A stretch of DNA of 64,000 bases from the human T2T-CHM13v2.0 reference genome, Homo sapiens (GCF_009914755.1 NC_060942.1), one strand, 5' to 3'. Numbered from the stretch's first letter, positions 15,962-33,206 are shown. Notes: generated by a model from the sequence alone, not told the origin. A program made the numbers and translations.

Positions 15962-16011
15962 AATAAATGTTTCTTTCAATAAAGATACTATGTGCCCTTC
16001 ATAGTAATAAA
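15962..16011 (+). terminator. Cluster of three AATAAA (candidate proximal poly(A) site)
   Basis: AATAAA at 15962, 15978 and 16006. Confidence 0.55.
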
Positions 16012-17590
16012 ATCTCAATCTTAAAGCATGAATCTAAAACATAAATATTTATATTACAGACTCAATTTTACAAAATTACTAATTGCTCTAGTGCATATTT
16101 GAACTACAAGCAACTTTTTAGGAATACCTCTTTATACGTCTACATATTTTAGTATATAAAAATAGATAATGCTCTTGGACACATTTTGTATTATTCATGA
16201 TCTGAATAGTAGTTAGTTAAAAGATCATTTGTAATATTATGATCAACTGTTATAAATTAAGGTCTTAATACCTTTTCTGCTCTTTCAAATAACTCTAATG
16301 AATATTCAAGATATTTTAGCCTTTTAAAAAGTTGAGATTTAGCTCATGGATATATTTTTTGGTAGGGAAACATTAGGGTCTCCTTTTCTTCCTTTTACCT
16401 AGAATGCCTCATTTAAAAGTGCCTTGAAAACATTTAGCTCCCCTTCTTCATGAGCATCTGTAGAGCTGAAAGTATTCTGGAACTTTAGACAGAAAGCTGA
16501 AAGGAATCTGCAGTCTCCTGCTGCAGTTCAACTCTGCTGTTTTTCAGTCATTTCCTACTGTGAGTGGAGTGATGTTTGTGTGTGTGTTGGCAACATGCCT
16601 AATGTTTTCTTAATGATGACAACAAATATTTTAAAACTGCATTTATCATTTTTTAGGTCTTCATTAAATTTTAAAATGTAATATCTGTTTCCCACCCCCT
16701 ACATTAGGAGGATAATTTCTTAAACCACATTGTTTTAATTGATTTTTCTTATCTTGATTTCTTTCATTAGAAACTATCCCTAAATGTAAAGATCTTTTGC
16801 CTTCAAATTTGGCTTATTTTTTCTGATTTATGAGGGTTTGAAAGAAAGAATTCACCTAAAAGATTCCATTTCCAGTTTTATAATGTATTTCAGGTTCTGA
16901 ATAACAATATTTTTCCAAATTGAAAGTAAATATTCCAGAAGTTGATAGCCTGGTTAAAAGTTAGATCCTCTATTACCATTCTAAGCACATTCACTTCTAT
17001 ATTGAAGTTTTGGTAAAAATTCTTTTTTCTTTTTTAATAAAAAATTAGGTTATTACTTTTTTTATAACCAGATTTTTAAAGCACTAGGTTTTAAATCAGT
17101 GGGTATCATAAAAGCCATATATAAAAGATCCTTTCTTATAGTAAGACTTGTGCTTGTTAGCAGGTTTTTCTGTTAGTTTTTCCCCCATAACATTTAATTA
17201 TTACTAAAATTGTATTTACAATAGTGGTGCCAAATCAAATGGTAATTTAAATAAAATCTATTCTGTGTTTATGTAGGGTGGTATAAAAAAGAGGTCTTCA
17301 TTTAGACATGTGATTTCTAAAATTCCAGAAAGCAAAATTGATAAGATGTTAGAAATTTGGACCATTATTTATAATCAGGGTAGCATTAAAATGGAGAAAA
17401 GAAAGTTTTCTGAAAAAATGCAGTAAATATAAGCCACATTTCTAAAGTTTATTTTTATGAAAGCTTCTTTTAAGATTTTGAAATCTATTCTGCATTCCCA
17501 AGAGTTTATGTTTATTGTATTTTATATGATCTACAACATATAAAATTGTGTATTTTTCTTTGGTTGTCCCTATTAACAAAAAAGTATTTT

Positions 17591-17596
17591 AATAAA
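17591..17596 (+). terminator. Distal poly(A) signal AATAAA of TWSG1
   Basis: AATAAA with upstream TGTA motifs and downstream TTTTTTGTT; last such signal before repeats. Confidence 0.75.
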
Positions 17597-17690
17597 AAAT
17601 TGAAATGAGTGAGTCATATTTTTTGTTAACTTCAGCATAGACATAAATTTGACATTCTGTCTAAAGAAGATAGTGTTTAAGTGATCAGCG

Positions 17691-18521
17691 GGCCGGGTGC
17701 GGTGTCACTTTGGGAGGCTGAGGTGGGCAAATCACTTGATCTCAGGAGTTCAAGACCAGCCTGGGCAACATGGTGAAACCTCGTCTTTACAAAAATAAAA
17801 AAATTATCCGGGCATGTTGATGAGAGGTGAAGCCACCTGGACTTCTTGTTTCGAGTGGGGACTTGGAGAACTTTTCTGTCTTACAAGAGGATTGTAAAAT
17901 GCACCAATCAGTGCTCTGAAGCTAGCAAGAGCATTGTAAAATGCACCAATCAGTGCTCTGTAAAACACACCAATCAGCGCTCTGTAGCTAGCAAGAGGGT
18001 TGTAAAATGCACCAATCAGTGCTCTGTAAAACACACCAATCAGCAGGATCCTAAAAGTAGCCAATCGCAGAGAGGATTGAAAAAAGGGCACTCTGATAGG
18101 ACAGAAACAGAACATGGTGGGGAGGGGCCAATAAGGGAATAAAAGCTGGCCACCCCAGCCAACAGCGGCAACCAGCTCGGGTCCCCTTCCACCCTGTGGA
18201 AGCTTTGTCCTTTTGCTCTTCACCATAAACCCTGCTATTGCTCTCTCTTTGGGTCCGTGCCATCTTTAAGAGTTGTAACACTCACTGAGAAGGTCTGCGG
18301 CTCCATTCTTGAAGTCAGCAAGACCACGAACCCACCAGCAGGAGCCAACTCCAGACACAGTAATTATGTGCCTGTAGTCCCACCTACTCTAGAGGCTGAG
18401 GTGGGAGGATCACTTGAGCCCAGGGAGGCGGAAGCTGCAGTGAGCCCTGATTGTGCCACTGCACCTCTGCCTGGGTGACAGAGCAAGACCCTGTCTTAAA
18501 AAACAAACAAACAAAAAAAAC
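17691..18521 (+). mobile_element. AluJ split by an LTR insertion (17691-17820 and 18360-18521)
   Basis: Alu halves resume in register on either side of the LTR. Confidence 0.85.
17821..18359 (+). mobile_element. Solo LTR12-family LTR (LTR12F-like; HERV9/ERV9)
   Basis: TG...CA ends (TGAGAGGTGAAGCC...CCAGACACA), GGGGACTTGGAGAAC, and repeated GCACCAATCAG units. Confidence 0.9.
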
Positions 18522-19251
18522 AATCAGCAAAGAATGTTCTTTTCTCAGGATGTCTCTACAGATTCTCTCAGAACAGATCTTAGAACATTTTGCTGTCTGC
18601 TTTTTCATATGCTTTATTCCAATATGGGGGAACCTTTTAAATGAATACTTTACTATTCTGCTTGCTCTGTGGGCCTTCAGATGCCAACCAACTTTATAAG
18701 AATGATCTAAAGGTTGCAAGGAGTTGCAGAAGGATCAAGGTAGGGAAAAACCTTTCTCAGCTCTCCCACAGGATACTGTTAGAATTGAGAGCCACAAACT
18801 GTGCTGCCATGGCAAAATCCACCTTATTTCAGAGTCCATGTTTTGGCAGCCTCGTGCCTGGGGGATCTAGAGAGGGGAAGAACTCAAGAGGACAGCCTGA
18901 GTGACTTAAGAAAGGAGCTGGGGCATTCGGAAGGTAGGATGAGTTTCAAGGACAGATACAACGTTTGACCAGGAAAGCTGTGCTTTTGCTGAAGGTGTCC
19001 ACACAGCAGCTAGTCATGTGGACAGTCAGAGAGAGTGAAGCTGAGCTGGAAGGGGAGGCATCCAAGCCCAAGGCTCCAGGAGACATTGCAGACAACATGG
19101 CGCATCCGGCCCCATGGGGCTGCTCCAGACCTGGCAGGCACTGAGCTCAGTAAGCCAGGCAGACATGCCATTAGCGCCATTAGCTGGTGGGTGTTAGCCA
19201 TTACAGCTCTTTGACCTTTGAGCTTTAACTAACCAGTAAAAAGTAAATGTG

Positions 19252-19557
19252 GGCCAGGCGCAGTGGCTCACGCCTGTAATCCCAACACTTTGGGAGGCGG
19301 AGGCGGGCAGATCACCTGAGGTTAGGAGTTCGAGACCAGCCTGGCCAACGTGGTGAAACCCCGTCTCTACTAAAAAATACAAAAATTAGCCAGGTGTGGT
19401 GGCACGTGCCTGTAATCCCAGCTACTCAGGAGGCTGAGGCAGGAGACTCGCTTGAAGCCGGGAAGCGGAGGTTGCAGTGAGCCGAGAATGCGCCGCTGCC
19501 CTCCAGCCTGGGCCACAAGAGTGAAACTCCGTCTCAATTAAAAAAAAAAAAAAAAAA
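19252..19557 (+). mobile_element. AluS
   Basis: Alu consensus. Confidence 0.95.
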
Positions 19558-19699
19558 GTATGTTCTACCTCCTTTTATTTTAAAGTCTGCTTGAAGTGTG
19601 GAGTCAGCAACAACTCCAAGGTTTGGCTTTTGAGATGAGAATTCTCCGTGCAGATGCAAAGAGGAAAAGAATTCTGCCCCCTCCCAGTAATGCTGGGAA

Positions 19700-20200
19700 A
19701 CCTGGAGTCCGCGCTGTGACTCACCGAATGACGCCTGGAGAGTGCAGGCGCCCCGCCAGTCAGGGAGACAGGACTTCCCTCACTGGGCTGAAGATAGCCC
19801 CTGAAGTTAGGCACAGTCACCGGCGAAATATCTTTATGGCAGAAATGTGTTTCCTGCCCGTCTAACTTAGGTACTTCCCTCTGCAGCCAGCGTAATCTTT
19901 CTAGAACACGTGTACCGGTAATTACTGCTTCCACCCGCAGTTCTAGGCAAAGAGCAAGGCCGTTGCGCTCGTCTGCCTCGGAAAGGTATGAGTTACCCAC
20001 TAGGAAGTCGAGCAAGGGCAGAGAACCTATCTCTTGTTTTCCTGAAGCCTCCCTGGCTCCGGGGTGTTCTGCTAGGGGAAGGGAGAGAATGAGGCCTTTG
20101 AGGGCCTGAGAGAGGGGCCAGGAAGGTAGGTCCCAGAGGCCCAGGTCTCTTGACCGTGGAGACCAGCGCTCTCGGCCCGTGACTCACGGGAAACCCGAGC
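19700..20200. promoter_or_regulatory. Candidate enhancer (CpG-retaining, AP-1 / E-box)
   Basis: TGACTCA at 19717 and 20180, ACACGTGT at 19906, a GC box, and raised CpG in non-repeat DNA. Confidence 0.4.
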
Positions 20201-20515
20201 CTGCAGTTGCTTCTTTCCAGGAGTTTCTACTTAGAAATATTAGCAGCCCAGCCCTCATTGTCCAAAGCCCCCAAGACTTGCCACCAGGGTTCTGTGAGTC
20301 CCAAGATGGGTGGCAGAGCCTCTCTCCTGGCCAGTGTTGGATGGGATGAGGCTCAGAGTCGGATTTTACTTGATTCCAAGAAAACAATGAGACAGAATGC
20401 GTTGCAGCCCTGGGTTTGTGGACTGCATTTGTGTCCCAAGACTCCTTGTCTCACAGCCTCGGCCGGCATCTCCTCTTCCTGTCTCATGTCTTATCCCCAC
20501 TCCCATCACTGCTGA

Positions 20516-20959
<444 letters not shown>

Positions 20960-20989
20960 TAAAGGAGCAGCCCCTCCCCACTCCCCCAT

Positions 20990-21190
20990 CCCATTTGTCT
21001 GCTTTCTTTAACAGCAGACACCTCTCCAAAAGTATTCATCGGTTACTTGTTTATCATGCATTCTCCTCTTAGACTGTGGGGCCCTTGAGGGCAGGGACCT
21101 TGTTTCTTTGGTTTGTCACTGCCCTAAACACAGCTCCTCAGCACCTAATGTCTCACACTCAATGGGCACCAGCTCTTCTGTGGATGAGTG
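20990..21190. mobile_element. L2 3'-end fragment
   Basis: TAGACTGTGGGGCCCTTGAGGGCAGGGACC motif typical of L2. Confidence 0.6.
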
Positions 21191-22653
21191 ATGGCGAATC
21201 TTAACCTACATATGCTTTAAACAGTGGCTCCTCAGTGCCCTCAGACAAGTAAGTGTCAACTGTGCAGCAGACCTCTCAGATCCAGGCAGCATGTCCCTGC
21301 TCACCACTAGGCCCATCTCAGCAGTCCAGGTGGACATCCCCTGGAGCCTCTGTCACTCCCCCTGTAAGTATGGTTTCATCAATCTGAGACACTTGTCCCT
21401 CTGCGTCCGTTCCTCACGCCTTTCACTGAGCGGCTCACAATGGTGTAGCCTTTGACCCCAGGACATTCCTCAGCAGCATCCTAACTTCATCATTACCCTA
21501 CACTTCCGCTTCCCACACTTCAACCTGGTGTCCAGGTTTCTACTGGGCTATTTGCAGTATTGCAGATACACCTTCAGCCACGTGGCTGAGGCCATTTTTA
21601 GACTGCTGACCCATGCAGGCTTTGTGGGAGACTAAGGGACTTCTTTAGCAACCTAGCAAGAAGACCGTGCATGATGATATGAATTTTTTTGGTGTCCTTG
21701 AGGGCAAATTTTATTTGCAGAAGACACTACACAGAAACTAATGTTCATTTTTAAAATTAATGTTTAATGTATATAATTTACAAAATCAAACTTAGTTCTT
21801 CCGTAAGTTTTTAAAAACAGTTTACAAATATTTCTTCTAGCAGCCTAACTATATATCTAATAATCGTTTTTACAGGGCCCTCATTCAGTATTTGCTGAGT
21901 ACTTCAACAGCTAATAAACTCACTATTGAGGTGAGCCTGTTGAAATTTCCAATACTGCACATAAACAGGAAGATTTCAACTCAGAATCAACCCTCATTCA
22001 ATTTCACACTTACCAATTTTAAATTGGAGTTGTGAGGTTGTGTTCTAATAAGCCAAATCCTCTAAAATACTCAAATATGCCCATTCTTAACACAATAGTA
22101 CTAATGATATAGTTTTGAGTCTTTTATCCCAGATCCTCCAAATCATTTCATGGTTGAAAAACAGGTTCTGGTTAAGCAAAACAGGTCACAGAGGTTTCTA
22201 TGGCCTCAGTAAAATAGGTGCCAGAGAACTTGGAAACGGAGGAAGACCAGATTAGAGGACAAGACTTAGCCAACATTTAGCCAGACACACCCCAAAACAT
22301 AAGTCAAGAAGGGCCTGCCCCTGGACAAGCAGGGCAAAATACGTGCTCTTTACAGAAAATTTACTACCAAGACGAAGAGTATGCCCAGTTTTCTTCCCAA
22401 ATTTGCCAGTCATGTTGTTTCTCTTCTCAGAGGCAGAATGAATATAAAGGCAGAGAAAGACCCATGGTACACTAAATGATTTCCTACCCAGGAAGGAGCA
22501 TCAGGTTTAGGGAGACGTTGTTCTCCGTTCCAAGTGATACACATTACCTACGTCTTCCCAACTTTTCAGAGAAGTCTGCCCTTTCCACCCAGGTCAATGA
22601 GTGGATTGGATTTTGCATATCTTTGATTCTTAAGATATGTTTTTGTCTTTTTC

Positions 22654-22941
22654 AGCCGGGCACGGTGGCTCACGCCTGTAATCCCAGCACTTTGGGAGGC
22701 CGAGGCGGGCAGATCACTTGAGGTCAGGAGTTCAAGACCAGCCTGGCCAACATGGTGAAACCCCATCTCTACAAAAATACAAAAATTAGCCAGGCATGAT
22801 GGCAGGTGCCTGTAATCCCAGCTACTCGGGAGGCTGAGGCAAGGGAATCACTTGAACCCGGGAGGCAGAGGTTGCACTGAGTCGAGACGTGCCACTGCAC
22901 TCCAGCCTGGGCAATAGAGTGAGACTCCGTCTAAAAAAAAA
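22654..22941 (+). mobile_element. AluS
   Basis: Alu consensus. Confidence 0.95.
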
Positions 22942-24344
22942 GACATATTTTTGTCTTTTTCTCTAAGTACCCTTTGGTGAAATTCTCAAATATGGAAATA
23001 AGTCTGTTTTGAATATCAGGTTCAAGAACTTTGAATCTAATTGAATTGACCCTTGTATTTTTTTCATGTTCTAAGAATCATACAACTGTTCTAAAATAAT
23101 ACCATGCAGAATTTGAGTTATCTCAGATGGCTTTGCCTAACTAGTGGCCACAACTTTGAGGTCTTTCTATGGAAGCCTGTTTCCATTGAGGATTTCCAGG
23201 GGCCTTTATTCTCAGGAGTTTGTCATGGCAGACCACAGGCCCAGCTTTCCTAGTCTCCCCTTCCACCCCTATTTGGTCCCTTCATTTTTTAATGGCTAAC
23301 AATAAAGACCTGAAGTAATTGTAGCTTGAACAACTAGAGATTGTTTGTTCTCACATAACTTGAATTCTGAAAATACATAGACCAGATCTGGAATGGGGGC
23401 TCTACATTGTCACCAGGAAGCAGGCTTTCCTTTTGCTCTGCTGTCCTAAAATTTGTCTCATGGTCTCAAGATGCCTTCTGGAGCCCCAACCATCATATTT
23501 GCTTTCCAAGAAGGAAGAAGGAGATTAGTGTAAAAATTATATACCTCCAAGTCAAGTCAGCCTTCAGGAAGCCCATCCAACAATTGTTTATGTCTCATTG
23601 GCTACCACTGTTTGCAAGAGTGACAAGGAATTAGCAACTGAATAAAATTCAGGATTGTTAGTAAGTAGGGAGAGAATGAAGAAGGGGAGAATGATTGGCC
23701 CAAGCCATCTCCACTATGCATGGGTGCCTATAGCATCCTAAACACTTGCCATTCATAGTGTTTATCACTCCGTGTTGTGATTGCCTGATACTTGGCTGTA
23801 TATACCCACACCAGAATGACGTTGTATGTTCAGCTTGAAAGTGCAGAGGCAGTCCCTGGCACAGCCAGAAAAGCACTGATTCTAGACAGAGTGGCAGGTA
23901 AAGAAGGATGAGGTTTCGTGATTATCAAAAGGGGCATGACTTAAAATGATCTAGATGAAGTTAGCTAATTGCGATTTCTGAGGTTCTTGGTTTTGAAGAT
24001 GTATATATGTGTTGGATAACTTCACATGTTAATAGTGGTCTTTTTATCTGTGTAATAGAATTTCTCATTTAATGCAGTTAGATTTCTCTCTTTGGCTGAA
24101 TTTCTCTAGAAAAGATCAATATTCTCTAGTTTCTCTGTGCTATTTGAAGGTGGAATAAATTATTTCTTTTAAGCCAAAAACCATATACAATCCATAACTG
24201 GACCAGTTTGTTGAAACTTCGTTGATTAGTCTGCAGTGACTCTCATCCCTGAACAAGAGGCTCAGCCTTGAGATTTTTCCATATTAAAATCATAGACCAC
24301 AGACTCTTCTCTCTGGTTTCTGAAGCAGTCTCGCAGGACAGCAA

Positions 24345-24624
24345 GACATGTGAATCATACATGTAATTTAAAATTTTCTGGTAGCCACATTAAAAAAGTA
24401 AAAAGAAACATGTAGAATTAATTTGAATAATATATTTTCTTTAACCCAATATATCCGAATTAGCAGTTTAACATATAACTTATATAAAAATTACCAATGG
24501 CACATTTTTCATTCTCTTGTTTTGGTATTATTTGAAATCTAGTGTATGTTTAACAGCACATCCAAATGTGGACTAGCTACATTTCAAGTGCTCAGTAGCC
24601 ACGTGTGGCTAGTAGACAGCACAG
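24345..24624. mobile_element. MER33 (hAT-Charlie)
   Basis: GTAGCCACATTAAAAAAGTAAAAAGAAAC...ACATTTCAAGTGCTCAGTAGCCAC. Confidence 0.8.
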
Positions 24625-24674
24625 ATCTGGTAACGTGGTATAACAGGACTTATACCATGTTAACACATTTGGTC

Positions 24675-25730
24675 ACTTATTATCTTATTGATCTCCTGTC
24701 TGGTCGTTCTACACATTATTGACAATTGGGTATTGCAGTTTCCAACTATTATTGTTGTATTGTCTATTTCTCCCTTCAATTACGTCAGTTTTTGCTTAAT
24801 ATATTCTGGAGCTCTTGTTAGGTGCATATATGTATATAATTCTTAAATCTTCTTGATGAATGACCCTTTTATAATTATAAAATATCTTTGTCTCTAGTAG
24901 CAATTAGTACCTTAAAAACTATTTTGTTTGATATTAGTATAACCACTTCAGCTCTCTTTTGTTTACTCTTTGCATGGTATGTCTTTTTATATCTTCTTAC
25001 TTTTAACCTATTTATATCTTTGACTCTAAAGTGTATCTCTTGTGGGCACCATATGGTTGGATCATGTTTTCTAATCCATGCTACCAATCTCTGCCTTTTA
25101 ATTACAGAAATTTTAATCCATTACTTTTAATGTAATTATTGATAAGGAAGGATTTATATCTGCTATTTTGCTTTGTGTTTGCTATTTGTCTTTTGTCTTT
25201 TTTTTCTATTTCTCCTTTACTGCCCCTTTCTTCTTTACATTAAAGACATTTTGTCATGTACCATTTTAATTCTCTTGTCATTTCTTTTACTATGTGTTCT
25301 TATAAGTTATTTTCTGAGCAGTTGCCCTGGGGATTATGATTAACATCTTAAGTTATAACAATCTAGTTTTGATTACTACCATTTAATTTCAGTTGTATGC
25401 AAGAACTTTGTTTCTATGTATCTCCATTTCCTCTCTCCTCCTTTGGGATGTTATTGTCTTACAAGTTACATCTTTATGCTTTGTGTGCCCATCACATAGA
25501 CTTATAATTACTGCTTTATGCAGTTGTCTTTCAAATCAGATAGGTGGGGAAAAAAGAGTTACAAACAAAAAATATATTGATACTGTCTTTTATGTTTATC
25601 TCATTAGCTACCTTTATGAGTGCTCTTTACTTATTCATGTGGATTCAGGTTACCATCTAGTGTCCTTTTATTTCAGCCTAAAGAACTCCCTTTAGTATTC
25701 TCATAGGGGAGGTTTGGTTACAAATGACAG
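24675..25730 (-). mobile_element. L1M fragment including the ORF2 endonuclease start
   Basis: Minus-strand WIRKHDPTIWCPQEIHFRVKDINRLKV...RAEVVILISNKIVFK matches the L1 APE domain. Confidence 0.85.
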
Positions 25731-26321
25731 AAATCAAATTTAAACTAGCTCAGGTGAAAAAAAAAAAAAAGAAAATACTGGGGAGAAGGCTCAGATACCT
25801 GAAAGCCTCGGGATACCATGGCTTTAGGCAAGTCCAAGTGCAGGAAATGGTCTCTTGCTTGCAGCTCTTTGGTACTCTGCATGGCCATAATCTCAGGGAG
25901 CCCTCCACTACACCAGGCTCACATGTCAATCTCAGCAGGAAGAGATCATCACTATTCAGATAGCTGGGAGTCCCAGATAAGACTCCCACTGGCCCAGACT
26001 GGAAGTCAATCCTCCCAAGTCATGGGGACAGAGTGGGGGAGCAGTGGATCCCCAAAAGAAATACAGAGATTAGCAGAAAAAGGGCTTAGGATAAAGCACA
26101 AGTAAAAGCTAAAGGTCTTCACTAGATATGCTTCAGAAAAAGTTTCAGCTTTATTAAGTGTTCTCTTTAGAAACCCACTTCCACACAAACTAGAACAACT
26201 GGAAATCCACGTGTTAGAAATATTTAAATATTGTTTATTTGAGGCCTCACAATTTTTTTCTGGTCTGACATGTTAAAAATTCTTCCTAATGTAATCTGGT
26301 AAATCAGTCAAGGTGTAGTCC

Positions 26322-26625
26322 TGGTCAGGTTTAGTGGCTCATGCTTATAATCCCAGCACTTTGGGAGGTTGAGGCAGGAGGATCACTTGAGCCCAAGAGT
26401 TTATGACCAGCCTGGGCAACATAGTAGGACTACGCCTCTACAAAAAGTAAAAGATTAACTGGATGTGGTGGTGCACATCTGTAGTCCCAGTTACTTAGGA
26501 GGCTGAGGCAGGAGGATCACTTGAGCCTGGGCAGTTGAGGCTGCAGTGAGCAGTGATCATGTCACTGCACACCAGCCTGGGGGACAGAGTTAGACCATGT
26601 CTCAAAAAAAAAAGACAAAAAAAGA
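26322..26625 (+). mobile_element. AluJ
   Basis: Diverged Alu. Confidence 0.9.
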
Positions 26626-26825
26626 AGAAGTATTCTTTTAGCTAAAATATGAAAAGAACATCTATGAAGGCCAGTTCGAATCTCAAGTATGTAACATATT
26701 TTCTTAGGATAAAAAATGTATTTTGAGTTTTAATAAAGGGCATGATAAATATCATCCATAAACAATGATTTATTCCTCAATTGCTACATGTTGTACTATT
26801 ATTCCAAGCTATTCATAATTCATAA

Positions 26826-27156
<331 letters not shown>

Positions 27157-28440
27157 AGTTTTTTATTTCCTTTATCCAGTTACATACTAGGTACTAAAAA
27201 TGGGCAACCAAAAATGTAAGAACTCTATCAGGTCCAATACTTGAGATTCAGGGAACCTATGAAAAAGGATTACTGATTTTTAAGTTCTCAGCATAGAATA
27301 CAAGAAATTGTGTTTAATGTTCCTTCTATTTGATGTGAGTCTAATCATGTATTCACTGCCTTTGGATAGAGTCCAAGATTATGTTCTGTGTTTTCTTAAC
27401 TATTTTGAATTTGCCCCTTATTTAAGTGGATTTTTCTACTGGATTTTTGCAGAGATTTTCTTCTGGATACTGCTAGTAGATTCTTCCAGTTTGGGTTTTT
27501 GTTGTTGTTGTTGTTGTTGTTTTTGAGAGAATCAATTAGGGTGTTGATAATTAAACTTTTAAAATCCATTACTATTGGTATTTGAGGGGTAAAGCATAAA
27601 TTGGTAGACTGTGCCTAAATTGGTTGTGGGGTACAGACAATTACTGACGGGAAACTGTGGGCATTTCTAAATGTTTTATCAGTGGGGCAATTTTATTCTG
27701 AGGCTCTCTCAGCACGATAAATGTGTGTTTATGAGTTGCTGGTCAAATGAAATCGGTAGTCACTAAGGCAGTAATGATACCCAGAGATGATTTTATAGTA
27801 GCTAAAGACTTTGGCAGAGTAGCATTCTGATGTCTTTGACTCCAATGGCTAAAGTTTTAATTTCTAGTGTACGTATGGTGGCCTCTTTCCACGTGTTTTA
27901 TACTTTTGGAGTGTAAGCTTGTGCTCAGTGGGGCTTTGTCTGGGTAATTTCTAGGAGACTTGAGCTGTGGATATATAGTTTTTAGGAGGATTTTTATTTG
28001 CTTCTACAGCTGTTTCAGGGGGTTACCAGCCCAGAAACCCTTGATGTTAATTTCTCAGTTTACAGGAGTCAGTATAAATTGGTAGGATACATTTTTGAAC
28101 TCCAGAATAGCATGAAGGCATGAATTTTCGTGATCGTGAACTTTCAGGGAAACATTTGCTCTATCCAGAGCCATACCAACACAGTTGTTTGTCATTTGTT
28201 CTATTATTGTCAGAAAGAGAATTTTTTCCAGTCCACCCTTTTATCAAGAATCTCAGCTCCATGGGAGGTGAGAGAAGGCCTCTAAACAACAATCTCTACC
28301 TTCCACAGGCCAACGCCTCGTAATAGTGTCATTCTGACTTTCAGCTTCAGCATCAGACTTCTTTCTTTTCTTAATCTGGGGAATTTCCTTAATTATTTAC
28401 AAGCCCAACTGCATATTAAAAGAAAAAAAAAAAGGTTTGG

Positions 28441-28776
<336 letters not shown>

Positions 28777-29289
28777 TTATCTGGAACTTTCCCAGGCAAT
28801 CTAGTCTGCTGAAATACTAGGGACATCTGAACATTTACTTTTCAATATAAATACATTATATATTAGCAATGTCAGGAATTCAGAGAAGAAGGGTGGCAAG
28901 ATTCCAAGTGTGTAGTAGACATTAGCTGGAGCAATTCCTTCTCACTATGACCTCTCAGTGGCCTCTTCTATGCTGTAACAACCCTGCATCCCAGCACAGC
29001 TGGGATCAAGACATTCACTTGACCTAAGCCAAGACAGCTCATCTCTGTCTCGAGAATGTGTAACTTGAAGACAGTTACCCAGGAGGCCAGTCACTTAATG
29101 ACACCATTCTGGAGAAGAGTTCTACCAACAGATTCTCTGGAGCTGATCTTCTCTTTGTCCTCCCCAATTTGATTCTTAGACTTCCCACAAAAATCTTCCA
29201 ATTAAATGTGCTTTCTTGCTTAAGAATCTATTTCTGTTGTTGCATCCAAAAGAACACCAATAATAAATTGCTTACAAAATGCATTTAAA

Positions 29290-31165
<1,876 letters not shown>

Positions 31166-31402
31166 TGTAGCTTTGAGTTTTGAGCCATGAGAATGTACTA
31201 CCTTTTCAAAAAGTAAACATTTAAACTAAAAAGACACTTTTATCTTAAAACTTTTTTCCTAAAAAAATCAGGTTAAATGGGAGAGAATGACATTAAAAAC
31301 CAGGACAGCTGTGTGAAGGGCCAGGATAGGGGTTCCATGGGAGCTGGAAGGAGAGGCCCCTAATGCTGCTGGGGAGGCCCTTCAAAGAGGAAGAGACTTC
31401 TT

Positions 31403-31715
<313 letters not shown>

Positions 31716-32700
31716 GAGGAGGAGACTTCTGAAAGAAAGGTCCTCACAATTTTGCAGCACTTTGGTTATCAGTGCCCAGAAAATGGGTTCATATGAAGGT
31801 CTAGATACTCAGTTTCTGATGAAAATGTTAGCACGCTGTGGGAACAAAACGCTGTTGCCCTAACTGGAAACTCCCACTGCTGCTGATCTATCATGTTTTG
31901 GATGGACAACGACAGATTCTGTTCTCAAACTCTACCAAATAGTTTCCACAGAGGGGCTTAGGTTGGAGCAGGAAAATTTCAGGACAGATAATCCTATAGT
32001 TTGTGCCTTCTCCTACCATGAAATTTCCTTCTTTTTCCTTATAGAGGAGTTCAAGAGTGCAAATTCAGTTCATAGCATTCAAACAGCTGCATTCCAGCTC
32101 CCTTAAACTAATCAGAACCAGTAAGAATACCAGCAAGGAACTCCAAGCCTTGGTTTTTAAATTACATGAGAATAGTTTTGAAGAGTGTATTTTAATCACA
32201 TAAAACACACTAACAAACGGCTCTCATCTGTTGCCACGTTTCTAATGTGTGAAACGGCTTCTCTGCATGGCTTTCCTCTGTCCCCCGTGCCTCCTGCCCC
32301 CATCACAGGGCCTCCATTACATTCCCGACTTGGAATTTCCTTGCAGTTGCCAGCTATACAGAGTCCGATAGGTTTGGCAGGGCCAGCACTCCCGGATGAG
32401 GAGGAGGGAGCCTTAGCCATGTAATCATCTAAAGGTGACTGTTAATTTATTAAAGCGAACTTGTCTATCAGAGTGTTTACAACTCTCCGTTTTGTGACTA
32501 TTCTGAACAGACATACCAGATTGCCTCTGAGGACCCATTCTACACAAGCACAGACTGTAGGACAAAAGAGCTCATTCCAACAGCGCCCAGAGCACCGCCA
32601 CGCCGGCCACCCCTGGGGCCAGTGGCAGGGTGCCAGGCGTGTTCACGCTCTGAGGCTCCAGAAATTAATCTGACCTCTTGAAAGAACACATTCCTACTGA

Positions 32701-33206
<506 letters not shown>

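Larger units (their letters stand above)
14715..17610 (+). other. TWSG1: TWSG1 3'UTR (~2.9 kb, AU-rich, free of recognisable repeats)
   Basis: Runs from the stop codon to AATAAA at 17591-17596, followed by a T-rich element. Transposons resume at ~17691. Confidence 0.85.

Noticed and set aside
17890-18045. Repeat-spacer-like arrays (also 38200-38305 and 45660-45815) resembling CRISPR
   Set aside because: They are tandem units intrinsic to LTR12, LTR10F and the SVA VNTR, with no unique spacers, in eukaryotic DNA.
24875-25087. Endonuclease-like ORF
   Set aside because: Decayed L1 ORF2 fragment.
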